From assembly GCA_038883795.1 (NCBI GenBank), contig JAVZLK010000005.1:1-64000 (forward strand): 64,000 nucleotides of DNA, read 5' to 3'. The notes under the pieces are model-generated. The model was not told the DNA's origin, searched no databases, and worked only from the letters and a program-made list of their open reading frames with translations. This DNA is from Candidatus Bathyarchaeia archaeon. GTDB taxonomy: Archaea > Thermoproteota > Bathyarchaeia > Bathyarchaeales > Bathycorpusculaceae. The position numbers and the translations under genes are program-made. Of the stretch, positions 28,403-38,630 are shown piece after piece; positions within the stretch are counted from its first letter, which is position 1, and the number at the start of each line of letters is the position of its first letter.

Positions 28403-28549
28403 TCATCTTCTCTGAAGATAATTGTAGAGTTCTTTTGCATAGTTTACAAGGCTTTCAACACGTTTACTTAACTCTTCAACCCTCACTTCAAGCTTAACAA
28501 TTCTCTCCCGAAGCTCTACAAGCTCCTTCTTTAATGCTTCTTCAGACAT
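28403..28549 (-). CDS. 48-aa coiled-coil microprotein (not in the ORF track)
   Basis: MSEEALKKELVELRERIVKLEVRVEELSKRVESLVNYAKELYNYLQRR; heptad periodicity; starts 25 bp after the hypD stop. Confidence 0.7.
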   Translation of the reverse strand: MSEEALKKELVELRERIVKLEVRVEELSKRVESLVNYAKELYNYLQRR

Positions 28550-28574
28550 AAACTTCAAACCCAATTTTCTTATT

Positions 28575-29669
28575 TTATCTCGTTATATTTATTGCCTTTG
28601 CCCATATTCTGCATGTTCCTTCTATGCTAACCATGCAGGCGCCAACGGGCTTTTGTGGCGTGCATATCCTCATAAATAGTGGACATTCTGTTGGTTTTAT
28701 TTTTCCAATTATGACGAGGTGGCATTTGCAGCCGTGTTGTATGTCAACACCCCTTTCAACTTTCACATCATGCTTTAAATGGGCATCATAGGCCTTATAC
28801 TCCTCATTCATGACAAGTTTGGATGATGGAATTGTTCCTATTCCACGCCAGTTGCCATCTGCAACGCTGAAAACTTTCTGCATGATTTGTTGAGCTTTTG
28901 TGTTGCCTTCCCAACGCACAGCCCGAGTGTACTCGTTTTGTAGGCGTGGTTTGCCTTCGCTTAACTGTTTCAAAATCATGTAAATGCCAAATAATACGTC
29001 TATGGGTTCGAAGCCAGCCACAACCGTTGGCATGCCGTAGTCTTTTGGAAAGACTTCGTAAGGCTTAAGCCCAATAATCGTGCTGACATGCCCAGGCGCT
29101 ATAAAACCGTTTAGGCTTAAGTCTTTCATTTCAACAAGCATTTTCATGGCTGGAGGAATCAAACGATGCGAAACCAGAAAACTAAGGTTTTCAGGCGGCT
29201 TTTTCAAAATTTCAACCGCTGTGGATGGCGCTGTGGTTTCAAAGCCAATAGCGAAAAAAGTAAATTCTTTCTGCGGTTCTTTTTCAGCCATTTTGACAGC
29301 ATCGCTAACGCTGTAAACTATTCGGACATCTGCGCCTTGAGCTTTGGCATCTAAAAGCGACATTTTGGAGCCTGGAACCCGCAGAACATCACCAAAACAG
29401 GTGACAACAATGCCTTTTAGGGCTAGTTGTATGGCTTCATCAACCTCTGATGCTGGTGTTACGCATACTGGACAGCCTGGTCCGGCGATAACTTCAACAT
29501 TTTTCGGTAAGAGGCTGCGGATGCCATAATGCGTAATTGTCCATTCGTGGGTGCCGCAGACGTGACAAATCTTGACTTGAGTTTCTTTTGGTGTGAGTTC
29601 TTGGATTTTTTCTGCTATGCGCCTCGCCAATTTTGGATCTCTAAACCTTAACTTTTCAACCATTTCCAT
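28575..29669 (-). CDS. hypD: Hydrogenase maturation protein HypD
   Basis: CGTH, GPGCPVC, GFETT, PGHVS, GACMVS.EG.C. Confidence 0.97.
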   Translation of the reverse strand: MEMVEKLRFRDPKLARRIAEKIQELTPKETQVKICHVCGTHEWTITHYGIRSLLPKNVEVIAGPGCPVCVTPASEVDEAIQLALKGIVVTCFGDVLRVPGSKMSLLDAKAQGADVRIVYSVSDAVKMAEKEPQKEFTFFAIGFETTAPSTAVEILKKPPENLSFLVSHRLIPPAMKMLVEMKDLSLNGFIAPGHVSTIIGLKPYEVFPKDYGMPTVVAGFEPIDVLFGIYMILKQLSEGKPRLQNEYTRAVRWEGNTKAQQIMQKVFSVADGNWRGIGTIPSSKLVMNEEYKAYDAHLKHDVKVERGVDIQHGCKCHLVIIGKIKPTECPLFMRICTPQKPVGACMVSIEGTCRIWAKAINITR

Positions 29670-29674
29670 ATCAA

Positions 29675-29908
29675 CTACTGTTTAGTTTCGGCTTCTGCTT
29701 GGAGGATCTCATTCCATAGGCTTATGGTTTCCAAAGCTTCTTCTTCGCTTAAAACTTGAATTGCGTAACCAGCATGAACAAGAACATAATCGCCAACCTT
29801 AGCATCCACAAGCGTTACATTAACTTCTCTTAAAACGCCCTCGCCGAAATCCACTTGAGCTTTGTCTCCTTGGATGTTTATGACTTTTGCTGGAATAGCC
29901 AAGCACAT
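29675..29908 (-). CDS. hypC: Hydrogenase chaperone HypC
   Basis: MCLAIPA start (Cys2), GDYVLVHAGYAI. Confidence 0.96.
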   Translation of the reverse strand: MCLAIPAKVINIQGDKAQVDFGEGVLREVNVTLVDAKVGDYVLVHAGYAIQVLSEEEALETISLWNEILQAEAETKQ

Positions 29909-29956
29909 CTTTATCACCACATTCGAAAGGTTAACAAAAATAAATTGGTTATGGTT

Positions 29957-32242
29957 TTAAAGGAAAAATCCGCCAAAAACAGCTTGACCAAAAGACACGC
30001 CCCCATCCCCAGGCGGAACAGCCTCATGAAACACAAAACGTAAGCCAGCCTCTTCCACAATTTTTCGCATAATCGAAGACATAATTTGATTGCAGGCAAC
30101 TCCACCAGAAAAGCCAACGGTTTTGATGCGATTTTCTGAAGCTTTTTCTACGGCTAAAGTTGCCAAACCTTTGGCTAAATATGCATGAGCGGAATAAGCT
30201 AAATCTGCCTTAGACTGCTTTTCTCTGTTTACAAATGTTTCGTATAACATTTGCGTGGTATCCAACACATCACCTTTTATTATTGGTTGCAGCTTTAGCG
30301 CATCATTGCCTTTTATAGCTGCGGATTCAAGCTTCATGGCTGGTTCACCCTCATAAGTACGTTCATAACATATTCCCAAAACTGCCGCAACGGCATCCAA
30401 AACTCTTCCACAACTTGTCGTTTCACTAAGGTTACGGCTTTTTTCAAGCTGTTGGAGAATTAATTGAATTTCGCTTTCGCCGTGGGGAAAGTGCTGCCTG
30501 TTTTGCCAAAGCCAATCTTCCACATTTATCATCTTGTAAAGTATTCCAGCCGCCATTCTAAGTGGATAACGGGTTGCTAAATCTCCGCCCATTAAAGGTT
30601 GTTTTTGAAGGTGGGCTACTCTTTTGAAATCTTTGCTTTCTCTTGTGGCTATTATAATTTCGCCTCCCCATGCTCCGCCGTCAACGCCATATCCATATCC
30701 GTCACAGCATACGCTGACAATTTCGTTTAGGTTGTGCTCAGCCATCAAAGCTGCAACATGTGCGTAATGGTGTTGGACTTGGATTAGTTGCCAGCCATTT
30801 TCTTGCGCTAATTCTTTGGCTAGTTTTGTTGTTGTGAATTTTGGATGCAAATCGCATGCTACGGCTTCCACTTTGCTGTTTGTTAGGCGGATTAGGTGGT
30901 AAGTCGCATTTTCCAAAAAATCCCTTGTTTCAATGTTTTCCACATCGCCTATGTGTTGAGAAATGAACGCCTTATTATCGAGCAAAACACAAGCAGTATT
31001 ATTCAACTCTCCGCCCAAACCCACGACGCAACGCTTAGCCTTTTCTTTAAGAATTATTGGCGCTGGAGCATAACCCCGCGAACGCCTAATAAAAACTAAG
31101 CTTTCACCATGCATGCGCACAACTGAGTCATCGCATCTGTGGGCTATTTGGCGATTGTGGAAAAGAAAATAGTCAACGGTATCGCCCAATCTCTGCAAGG
31201 CTTCGTCATTATCCTTTATTATTGGCTGGTTTGGCGGATTAGCGCTGGTCATAACAAATGCTGGCTCATCAACCTCATCAAAGAGCATGTAATGCAAGCC
31301 CGTGTAGGGCAACATAACGCCCACATTGTGCAAACCTGGAGCAATCAAATCTGAAAGATAATAATCCTCACTTTTGTTCAGCAAAACAATTGGGCGGGTA
31401 TAAGAAGTTAAGACTCTTTCCTCAGCTTTGCTAACTTCTGCAAAAGTTTTGATGGCTTCCAAACTTTTCGCCATTATGGCAAAGGGCTTTTGCCTTCTAT
31501 GCTTAACCCTCCTAAGCCTAATTAGAGGCTCATCCTTCAATGTTGAGGTTGCGACATGGAACCCTCCATAACCTTTTATGGCAACTATAAAGCCTTCAGA
31601 AAGAAGCCTACCAGCCTCCCTAATCGGATCCTTACAATTCAAAGGTTGACCATTATTGTTTGTTAGATATGCTTTTGGTCCGCATTTTGGACACGCTACG
31701 GTTTGAGCGTGGAAACGCCTATTCAAAGGATCCGCATATTCTCCATGACAGAATGGGCACATGGTGAAATCGCGCATTGTCGTGTTTTCCCGGTCATAGG
31801 GCAAGGCTTCAATAATAGTATATCTTGGACCACAATCAGTGCACGTTATAAAAAAATAGTCGTGACGCGGGTCTTTTGGGTTTTTTAGTTCTTTTAGGCA
31901 ATGGTCGCATATGGCTACGTCTGGCGGAATAACCGAACCAGAAAGCTCCATCTCTTCAGAGCTTTTGTAAATTGTAAACGTATCAAAAGCGTTCTTTCCG
32001 CCCAATTTTTTTATGAGAATTTGGTGGATTTGCGCCAGAGGAGGCTTATTTTCCTTTAAATCTTTTAAAAAATTTTTTATTTGCCTTTCTTCCCCTTCTA
32101 AGAGAATTTCTACGCCAGCATCACCACGGTTTCTAACGTAGCCCTTTAAACCATTTTTTACGGCAGTGCGGTAAATGAAGGGACGGAATCCAACACCTTG
32201 AACTATGCCTGTGACGTTAACTTTGACTCGCAATTGGGGCAT
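29957..32242 (-). CDS. hypF: Carbamoyltransferase HypF
   Basis: VQGVGFRP, two zinc fingers, QHH.AH, PPGDGG.S.GQ. Confidence 0.97.
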   Translation of the reverse strand: MPQLRVKVNVTGIVQGVGFRPFIYRTAVKNGLKGYVRNRGDAGVEILLEGEERQIKNFLKDLKENKPPLAQIHQILIKKLGGKNAFDTFTIYKSSEEMELSGSVIPPDVAICDHCLKELKNPKDPRHDYFFITCTDCGPRYTIIEALPYDRENTTMRDFTMCPFCHGEYADPLNRRFHAQTVACPKCGPKAYLTNNNGQPLNCKDPIREAGRLLSEGFIVAIKGYGGFHVATSTLKDEPLIRLRRVKHRRQKPFAIMAKSLEAIKTFAEVSKAEERVLTSYTRPIVLLNKSEDYYLSDLIAPGLHNVGVMLPYTGLHYMLFDEVDEPAFVMTSANPPNQPIIKDNDEALQRLGDTVDYFLFHNRQIAHRCDDSVVRMHGESLVFIRRSRGYAPAPIILKEKAKRCVVGLGGELNNTACVLLDNKAFISQHIGDVENIETRDFLENATYHLIRLTNSKVEAVACDLHPKFTTTKLAKELAQENGWQLIQVQHHYAHVAALMAEHNLNEIVSVCCDGYGYGVDGGAWGGEIIIATRESKDFKRVAHLQKQPLMGGDLATRYPLRMAAGILYKMINVEDWLWQNRQHFPHGESEIQLILQQLEKSRNLSETTSCGRVLDAVAAVLGICYERTYEGEPAMKLESAAIKGNDALKLQPIIKGDVLDTTQMLYETFVNREKQSKADLAYSAHAYLAKGLATLAVEKASENRIKTVGFSGGVACNQIMSSIMRKIVEEAGLRFVFHEAVPPGDGGVSFGQAVFGGFFL

Positions 32243-32341
32243 CTCTCATTTTAGCGTGTGTTCTCTTGTATATATGGAAATACCTATGAAAACTTAATTC
32301 GTCATAAGAATTAGCGTTTAAGGGACGAATAAAATGAAGGT

Positions 32342-34084
32342 TTAGGCTTTTGCCTCGGATTTTTTGCGTTCTTCTTCTTGGAGTACCCTTTTTAGTACTT
32401 TGCCAACCATTGTCATGGGCAGTTCTTTGCGAAACTCCACTTCCCTTATCGCTTTGTAGGGCGCCACCTTCTCGTTAACGAAATCCATGATTTCCTTTTC
32501 TGTGGCTGTCATTCCCTCCTTCAAAACAACAAAAGCCTTTGGAATCTCACCCGCAATAGGGTCCGGTTTGCCTATTACCGCACAGAGTTTTACGGCTGAA
32601 TGCTCATATAAAACGTCTTCCAATTCTCTTGGGTAGACGCTGTAGCCCTTGTATTTTATCATGTCCTTTTTGCGGTCTGTAATGTAAAAGTAGCCATCCT
32701 CATCCATCCTTCCAATATCACCAGTATAAAGCCAACCATCCCTCAAAACTTGGGCTGTTTCTTCAGGCATTTTCCAATAACCCTTCATAACCTGCGGTCC
32801 CCTCACAACCAGTTCGCCTGTTTCGCCAGGCGCCAACTCTTTCTCGCCTGTTTCAGCATCCATTATTTTCGCATCCGTGTCAGGCCAAGGAATGCCTATG
32901 GAACCCACTTTTACGGTTTTCATTGTTTTGTCTAAGGGGTTGCAGTGGGTTACTGGTGAAGATTCTGTCAAACCATAACCTTCCACTAAAACGCCGCCAG
33001 TTACTTCCATGAATTTCTTCTGAATTTCTGGCGGAAGCGGCGCAGAACCGGATATGCAGAAACGCACCGATGTGCAGTCATATTTACCCAAATCTGGATG
33101 AGCTAGAAGCATGGCGTACATGGTTGGTGCTCCACAGAAAACGGTAACCCTATACTTTTGTATCGCTTGGAAAGTGCTTACGGCATCAAAGCGTGGGAGC
33201 AAAACAATTCTTCCGCCTATGTAGATGGGCGCATTCATACCTGTTGTCATGCCGTAAATGTGGAAGAGAGGCAGCACCGCCAGAAAGGTTTCTTCCCCTT
33301 CCATCACGTCTTTAAGCCAAGCCTTACACATGACAGCGTTTGAAACCAAGTTCATATGGGTTAACATGGCGCCTTTTGATGTTCCAGTGGTTCCACCAGT
33401 ATACTGCAGCGCTACTAAATCCTCTTTTGGGTTTATCTCCACTTTCGGTGGGTTTGGCGGATACTTATCCACAAGCTCCTTAAAGAAGTAAACGTTCGGT
33501 TTGCGTTCAACTTTATGGGATGGAATCTTCTTCAACAAAGAGCCTAAAAAGGCTGTGGCTCCAGGCATATACTCTTTCAAGCTTGCCACAATTACCCTTT
33601 TCAATTTTGTTTTCTGCCAAACCTTTTCCACAATTGGATATAGAAGGTCTAAAACAACTATTGTTTCAGCTTCGGAATCGTTAAGTTGATGCTCCACTTC
33701 CCGTTCCTTGTATAAGGGGCTTATGGCTGTAGCAATGGCTCCAGTTTTTATGGCACCATAATATGCCATTATAAATTGGGGAATGTTGGGCAAGAAAATA
33801 GCCACTTTGTCGCCCTTTTTCACACCGAAATCTGTGAGGGCTGTTGCAAACTTGTCCGTAATCGTGTCCAATTCCTTGTAGCTGATTTTTCTGTCAAAAT
33901 AAACTATTGCAGTTTTTTCTGGATATTTCGCCGCAGTATCTCTAAGAAACTGGAAAAGCGGAATTTCAGGATAATCTATGTGTTTGGGAACCCCTTCAGG
34001 CCAAAACTTGTACCAAGGCTTTTCGGGCACTTCCTTCTTTTCAATTTTTTCTTCTTTCACCTTTCTCCTTCTAGGACACATCAT
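32342..34084 (-). CDS. AMP-forming long-chain fatty-acid-CoA ligase (FadD-like)
   Basis: YTGGTTG..KG, EGYGLTE, TGDIG, LPMTMVGK. Confidence 0.93.
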   Translation of the reverse strand: MMCPRRRKVKEEKIEKKEVPEKPWYKFWPEGVPKHIDYPEIPLFQFLRDTAAKYPEKTAIVYFDRKISYKELDTITDKFATALTDFGVKKGDKVAIFLPNIPQFIMAYYGAIKTGAIATAISPLYKEREVEHQLNDSEAETIVVLDLLYPIVEKVWQKTKLKRVIVASLKEYMPGATAFLGSLLKKIPSHKVERKPNVYFFKELVDKYPPNPPKVEINPKEDLVALQYTGGTTGTSKGAMLTHMNLVSNAVMCKAWLKDVMEGEETFLAVLPLFHIYGMTTGMNAPIYIGGRIVLLPRFDAVSTFQAIQKYRVTVFCGAPTMYAMLLAHPDLGKYDCTSVRFCISGSAPLPPEIQKKFMEVTGGVLVEGYGLTESSPVTHCNPLDKTMKTVKVGSIGIPWPDTDAKIMDAETGEKELAPGETGELVVRGPQVMKGYWKMPEETAQVLRDGWLYTGDIGRMDEDGYFYITDRKKDMIKYKGYSVYPRELEDVLYEHSAVKLCAVIGKPDPIAGEIPKAFVVLKEGMTATEKEIMDFVNEKVAPYKAIREVEFRKELPMTMVGKVLKRVLQEEERKKSEAKA

Positions 34085-34146
34085 TCAACCCTAACCTTAA
34101 ATATTAGAGGCGATGGGGTAATAATACTTTCTACAATGGGGTTTCC

Positions 34147-34950
34147 TTGAAAACTGAAACAGTTTGGATTAACTGCGAAAACTTACGCCTTTATGGCGAA
34201 CTACACATTCCAGACCATGTCCCAGCACCTGCCCTACTCATATGCCACGGCATGAACGCCCACGGTTTTCACGCCATCAAAATTTACGAAAAATTGGCAA
34301 GAGCAGCATGCGAAAACGGTTTTGTCGCATTACTCTTCGATTTTAGAGGAGTTGGAAAAAGCCTTGGAAATTTTGACTATGGCTTTGGAGAACAAGAAGA
34401 CGTGAAATGCGCCATCAACTATTTAGCCTCGCGAGCAGAAGTTATTTCTGACAAAATTTTTGTTTTGGGACACAGTTTAGGTGGAGCAGTTTCGCTTTAT
34501 TCTGTCCAAAATGATAACCGCCTTAGAGGACTTATTTTGTGGTCCACGCCAAACAACCATGACTACAATGTTAGAAAGTTTATCACTCGCACGAGGGGAA
34601 AGAGCGGCTTATACTGGTTCATGCTCTTCTCTTGGGTCGACAAGCTTTTTGACACTTCAAAATTGTTTAAGCTGGAAGTTTTTGGAATAAAGTTACGCCC
34701 AAAATATGTTAGGGAAAAACTTATGAAACTAAACGAATGTGAAGCAGTAACAAAATTGGACGCCGTGCCTTTGTTGGTTGTGATTGGCGATGCAGACGTT
34801 CTTGTCGGTGTAGAAGAAGCCCGTCAAGTTTTCGAATTGGCAAAGGAACCAAAAACTTTCTTAATAGTTAATGGCGGTGATCACATTTTTAGTGGAAAAG
34901 AAGAAGTAGTTATAACTGAAACTTTGAATTGGATAAAAAAGTGGAAATAA
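34147..34950 (+). CDS. Alpha/beta hydrolase (esterase/thioesterase-like)
   Basis: FDFRGVG.S, GHSLGG, GDADVLV, GDH catalytic triad. Confidence 0.9.
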   Translation: MKTETVWINCENLRLYGELHIPDHVPAPALLICHGMNAHGFHAIKIYEKLARAACENGFVALLFDFRGVGKSLGNFDYGFGEQEDVKCAINYLASRAEVISDKIFVLGHSLGGAVSLYSVQNDNRLRGLILWSTPNNHDYNVRKFITRTRGKSGLYWFMLFSWVDKLFDTSKLFKLEVFGIKLRPKYVREKLMKLNECEAVTKLDAVPLLVVIGDADVLVGVEEARQVFELAKEPKTFLIVNGGDHIFSGKEEVVITETLNWIKKWK

Positions 34951-34958
34951 ACGCAATT

Positions 34959-35396
34959 TTAAGGCGGAACAAATTCATATGTGGCGTAGCCTTCAGGTGA
35001 AATTTTCGCCACAAGCTTAACCTTCATCCCAACACTGATTTGCGACAACTTGAAACCCGTCAACCACGCCAGAACCCGCACACCTTCTTTTAGCTTGCCA
35101 ATCGCCACAGTGTAAGGCTTATACTGCTGAAATGTTGTTGGTCGAACAACTACATGCGTGAAAGTTTCGATTTCTGCTTCGCTGCTTAATTCAATCCAAT
35201 CCATTTCAGACGCTAAACATTCTGGACAGTCAGCCGATGGCGGAAAATACATTTTTCCACATTTTTTGCATTTTGTTGCATAAACCTTCCCTTCCTTCAA
35301 GCCTTCCCAAAACTTTAACGTCTTGCTTATTGGTATGTCTTGAACAATTTTTATTTCCCTAGATTTTATTGTCGGCATTCCTGACATATCCATCAT
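34959..35396 (-). CDS. Zn-ribbon/OB-fold (DUF35) thiolase partner
   Basis: CKKCG..YFPP..DCPEC followed by OB-fold; overlaps the thiolase stop. Confidence 0.92.
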   Translation of the reverse strand: MMDMSGMPTIKSREIKIVQDIPISKTLKFWEGLKEGKVYATKCKKCGKMYFPPSADCPECLASEMDWIELSSEAEIETFTHVVVRPTTFQQYKPYTVAIGKLKEGVRVLAWLTGFKLSQISVGMKVKLVAKISPEGYATYEFVPP

Positions 35397-36565
35397 CTCC
35401 TTAATATGGTAACGTAACAGTAATGCCCCGTTCCGCCAACGTTGTGAGCTAATCCGATATAATTTCTTAGTGGAACTTGCCTTCCTTTTTCCACAGCCTC
35501 TTCACGAAGCTGTTTTGTAAGCTCGTATATCATGGAGCAACCAGTCGCGCCTATTGGGTGTCCTTTAGCCTTTAAGCCTCCGTCCATATTCACGGGGATT
35601 TTTCCGCCAATTTCTGTCTGCCCTTCACGAATGAGTTTGGCGCCTTCGCCTTTGCTGCAGAACCCCAAATCTTCATAAGCCATTATCTCCGCTATTGTAA
35701 AACAGTCGTGAACTTCTGCGAAATCCACTTGTTCTGGGTTGATTCCAGCCATCTTGTAAGCCATTTGGGCTGCGTATACGCTGGCTTCCAAACCCACATA
35801 ATCCAGTCTTTTGCTAAGGTTTGCTGTTCCAGAGGAATAGCCAATTCCAGCAACCCAAACCGGAGTATCTACGCCTAACTCTTTGACTTTTTCTTCTGAA
35901 GCCAAAATTATGGCTGCAGAACCGTCTGTCATTGGGCAGCAGTCAAAAAGCTTTAGGGGTGAAGCTATAACCATGGAAGATAAAACATCATCAACCGTTA
36001 TTTTGTTTTGAAGATGGGCTATGGGGTTCATGGAACCATACTTATGGTTTTTAACAGCCACCAAAGCCAAATCCTCCTCTGTCGTCCCAAACTTTGCCAT
36101 ATGTGCAGTGGCGTGCAAAGCGTAATAGGCTGGAAAAGTTGGTCCAAAATTGTGAAACTCCCATAAATAATATCCAGCCCTGCCAATCCACTCCATAGCT
36201 GAAAATGTGTCGATTTCCCTCATTTTCTCAAAGCCTAAAGCCATAGCAATTTCCGCTTGACCACTCGCAATTGTAGAGTAAGCTGCTTGGAAGGCTGCGC
36301 TACCACTTGCGCACGCTGCTTCACATCGAACTAATCCAGCCTTTGTTAGACCACAATATTCAGCTGCTACAACCGCTGGGAGCAGTTCTTCGTACCATGC
36401 TCCAGCCCCAGTGGTTCCTACAGCCACAAATTCCACGTCCTTTGCGGTTATTCCAGCATCCTCCAAGGCTGGCTTTACGGCTTCGAAGGCTAATTCCGCA
36501 ACGTTCACGTCGCTTCTGTTTCCAAACTTAGAGTTGCCAACTCCGATTACAGCTACTTTTCTCAT
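35393..36565 (-). CDS. Thiolase (SCP2-like archaeal acetyl-CoA acyltransferase)
   Basis: EAACASG, EVHDCF, GHPIGATG, HNVGG. Confidence 0.94.
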   Translation of the reverse strand: MRKVAVIGVGNSKFGNRSDVNVAELAFEAVKPALEDAGITAKDVEFVAVGTTGAGAWYEELLPAVVAAEYCGLTKAGLVRCEAACASGSAAFQAAYSTIASGQAEIAMALGFEKMREIDTFSAMEWIGRAGYYLWEFHNFGPTFPAYYALHATAHMAKFGTTEEDLALVAVKNHKYGSMNPIAHLQNKITVDDVLSSMVIASPLKLFDCCPMTDGSAAIILASEEKVKELGVDTPVWVAGIGYSSGTANLSKRLDYVGLEASVYAAQMAYKMAGINPEQVDFAEVHDCFTIAEIMAYEDLGFCSKGEGAKLIREGQTEIGGKIPVNMDGGLKAKGHPIGATGCSMIYELTKQLREEAVEKGRQVPLRNYIGLAHNVGGTGHYCYVTILRR

Positions 36566-36627
36566 TTCAATCCCTTTTCATTCTGTTTTAAATATAAAAA
36601 AGAGGGCAATATTAGAAAAGTGTACGC

Positions 36628-37416
36628 TTATTTGCCCTTAAACTCTGCTTTTCTCCTTGACATAAAGGCTTCTACGCCCTCTTTTAAGTCTTCTGTGGAA
36701 AATGTTAGCCCCATCAGTCCAGCTTCCAGTCTTAATCCGACTTCTAAGGGCACTTGTGTTCCAAAGTTTAGGGCATGTTTTGCATATTTCATGGCTATGG
36801 GTGGACCTTCAGCAAGTTTTGTTGCCAATGCTCTGGCTTCTTCTCGCAATTTTTCGTAATGCACAACTTTGTGCACAAGCCCTATTTTTAGCGCTTCTTC
36901 CGCCTTCATTCTTCCGCCAAGCATAACCATCTCTTTAGCCTTCGCCAAACCCACAATGCGCACAAGCCTTTGGGTTCCACCCCATCCAGGAATCAAACCT
37001 AAGGCTATTTCTGGACTTCCAAGTTCAGCGTGTTCAGCTGCTATCCTAAAGTCGCATGCTAGGGCTAGTTCTAAGCCTCCTCCGAGGGCGAAGCCATTTA
37101 TTGCAGCTATTACGGGTTTTGACATTTCCTCTATTTTGCCAAAAACTTTCTGCCCAGCCCTTGAAAATTCCTCAGCCTTCGCTGGAGTAGCCTTCGGAAA
37201 CATGGTCACATCTGCACCAGCGCTGAAGGACCTGTCACCTTCTCCGGTTATTATTAAACATCTTATTGATTGGTCTTTTTCAGCCGTGTCTAAGGCGTCT
37301 GCAAGTTCTTCCATCAAAACGTCGTTGAAGGCATTTAACCTATGGGGTCTGTTTAGGATTATCCACAATAGGTTTTGTTCTCTTTCAATTTTTATTGTTT
37401 CATACGCTTTACTCAA
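36628..37416 (-). CDS. Enoyl-CoA hydratase (crotonase)
   Basis: FSAGAD, ALGGGLEL, PE..LG.IPGWGGTQRL. Confidence 0.95.
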   Translation of the reverse strand: MSKAYETIKIEREQNLLWIILNRPHRLNAFNDVLMEELADALDTAEKDQSIRCLIITGEGDRSFSAGADVTMFPKATPAKAEEFSRAGQKVFGKIEEMSKPVIAAINGFALGGGLELALACDFRIAAEHAELGSPEIALGLIPGWGGTQRLVRIVGLAKAKEMVMLGGRMKAEEALKIGLVHKVVHYEKLREEARALATKLAEGPPIAMKYAKHALNFGTQVPLEVGLRLEAGLMGLTFSTEDLKEGVEAFMSRRKAEFKGK

Positions 37417-37475
37417 AGTTTTTCACCACACCATCCCTTTTTGCAACCATACATATATTGTTTCAATTTGCTTTC

Positions 37476-38630
37476 CTAATATTTTCTCAATAAATATTTA
37501 AGAACGGTTAGCTTCTGGATTTCGCTGGTTCCCTCGTAAATTTCTGTTATCTTTGCGTCTCTATGATACCTCTCAACCCTATAGTCGCCCAAATAACCAT
37601 ATCCGCCAAGGGTTTGAATGGCAAAGTCCGTAACTTCCATAGCTACACGGCTGGCGTACTGTTTTGCCATGGCTGTTGCCATTGGGTCCATTTTTCCAAC
37701 ATCCACGAGCCAAGCAGCCCTATAAGTGAGCCACCTTGCAGCTTCAATTTTTGTCATGGCTTCTGCCAATCCGCAACCTATTAATTCGTGTTGGAGTATA
37801 GGCTGTCCGAAGGCTTCTCTTTGTTTGGCGTATTTGAAGGCTATTTCCCAAGCTCCTTGAGCCATTCCAATCGCTTGGGCTGCCACGCCCACTCTGGTTT
37901 TGTCAAAGAATTCCATGGAGTGATAGAAGCCTCTGTTTAGTTCGCCAACAATGTTCCAGTCCGTCACCTTAACATTGTTGAAGACGACTTCGCCCGTCAC
38001 TGAACATCTGATTCCCATCTTGTTGTGGAGTTTTGTCGTTTCGAGTCCGGGCGTGCCTTTGTCCACGACAAAGAGGGTTTCGCCTCTGTATGTTGGTCTA
38101 ACTTTTGTGTCTGTCTGTGTTAAAACGACTATGAAGTCGGCGAGGGTGGCGTTTGTTATGAAGGTTTTTGTGCCGTTTATCCACCACTCGTTCCCATATC
38201 TTGTGGCAGTGGTTTCCATATGTGTTATGTCGCTTCCACTAACATTAGGCTCGGTGAAGGCTGCTGCTGACATTGTTTCACCTTTACATATGGGTGGAAG
38301 ATACTTTTCCTTCTGCTCCTTTGACCCATAAGACAAAATGAGTTCGCTTCCAAAATTTCCGCTAGAAATAGCCACGCCGAGAGAAGAGTCAGCCCTACAC
38401 ATTTCTTCGATGACTAAACATGTTTCCAGCAAACCGCATCCTTGCCCACCATATTCTTGTGGGAAAAACATGCTTGTGAAACCAAGCTTTGCAGCCTTCT
38501 TGTAAAGTTCAATGGGATACTCCTCCTTCTTATCCAGTTCTAAGGCTAGTTCTGGCTTGAACTCTTTTTCGCAAAACTCTTTAACAGCATTTTTTATTGC
38601 CAACTGTTCTTCCGTCAACTCAAGCTTCAT
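37476..38630 (-). CDS. Acyl-CoA dehydrogenase (second paralog)
   Basis: FTEP, NGTKTFITN, GGYGY, IYEGTSEIQ; ATG at 38630 overlaps the upstream stop (TAATG). Confidence 0.94.
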   Translation of the reverse strand: MKLELTEEQLAIKNAVKEFCEKEFKPELALELDKKEEYPIELYKKAAKLGFTSMFFPQEYGGQGCGLLETCLVIEEMCRADSSLGVAISSGNFGSELILSYGSKEQKEKYLPPICKGETMSAAAFTEPNVSGSDITHMETTATRYGNEWWINGTKTFITNATLADFIVVLTQTDTKVRPTYRGETLFVVDKGTPGLETTKLHNKMGIRCSVTGEVVFNNVKVTDWNIVGELNRGFYHSMEFFDKTRVGVAAQAIGMAQGAWEIAFKYAKQREAFGQPILQHELIGCGLAEAMTKIEAARWLTYRAAWLVDVGKMDPMATAMAKQYASRVAMEVTDFAIQTLGGYGYLGDYRVERYHRDAKITEIYEGTSEIQKLTVLKYLLRKY

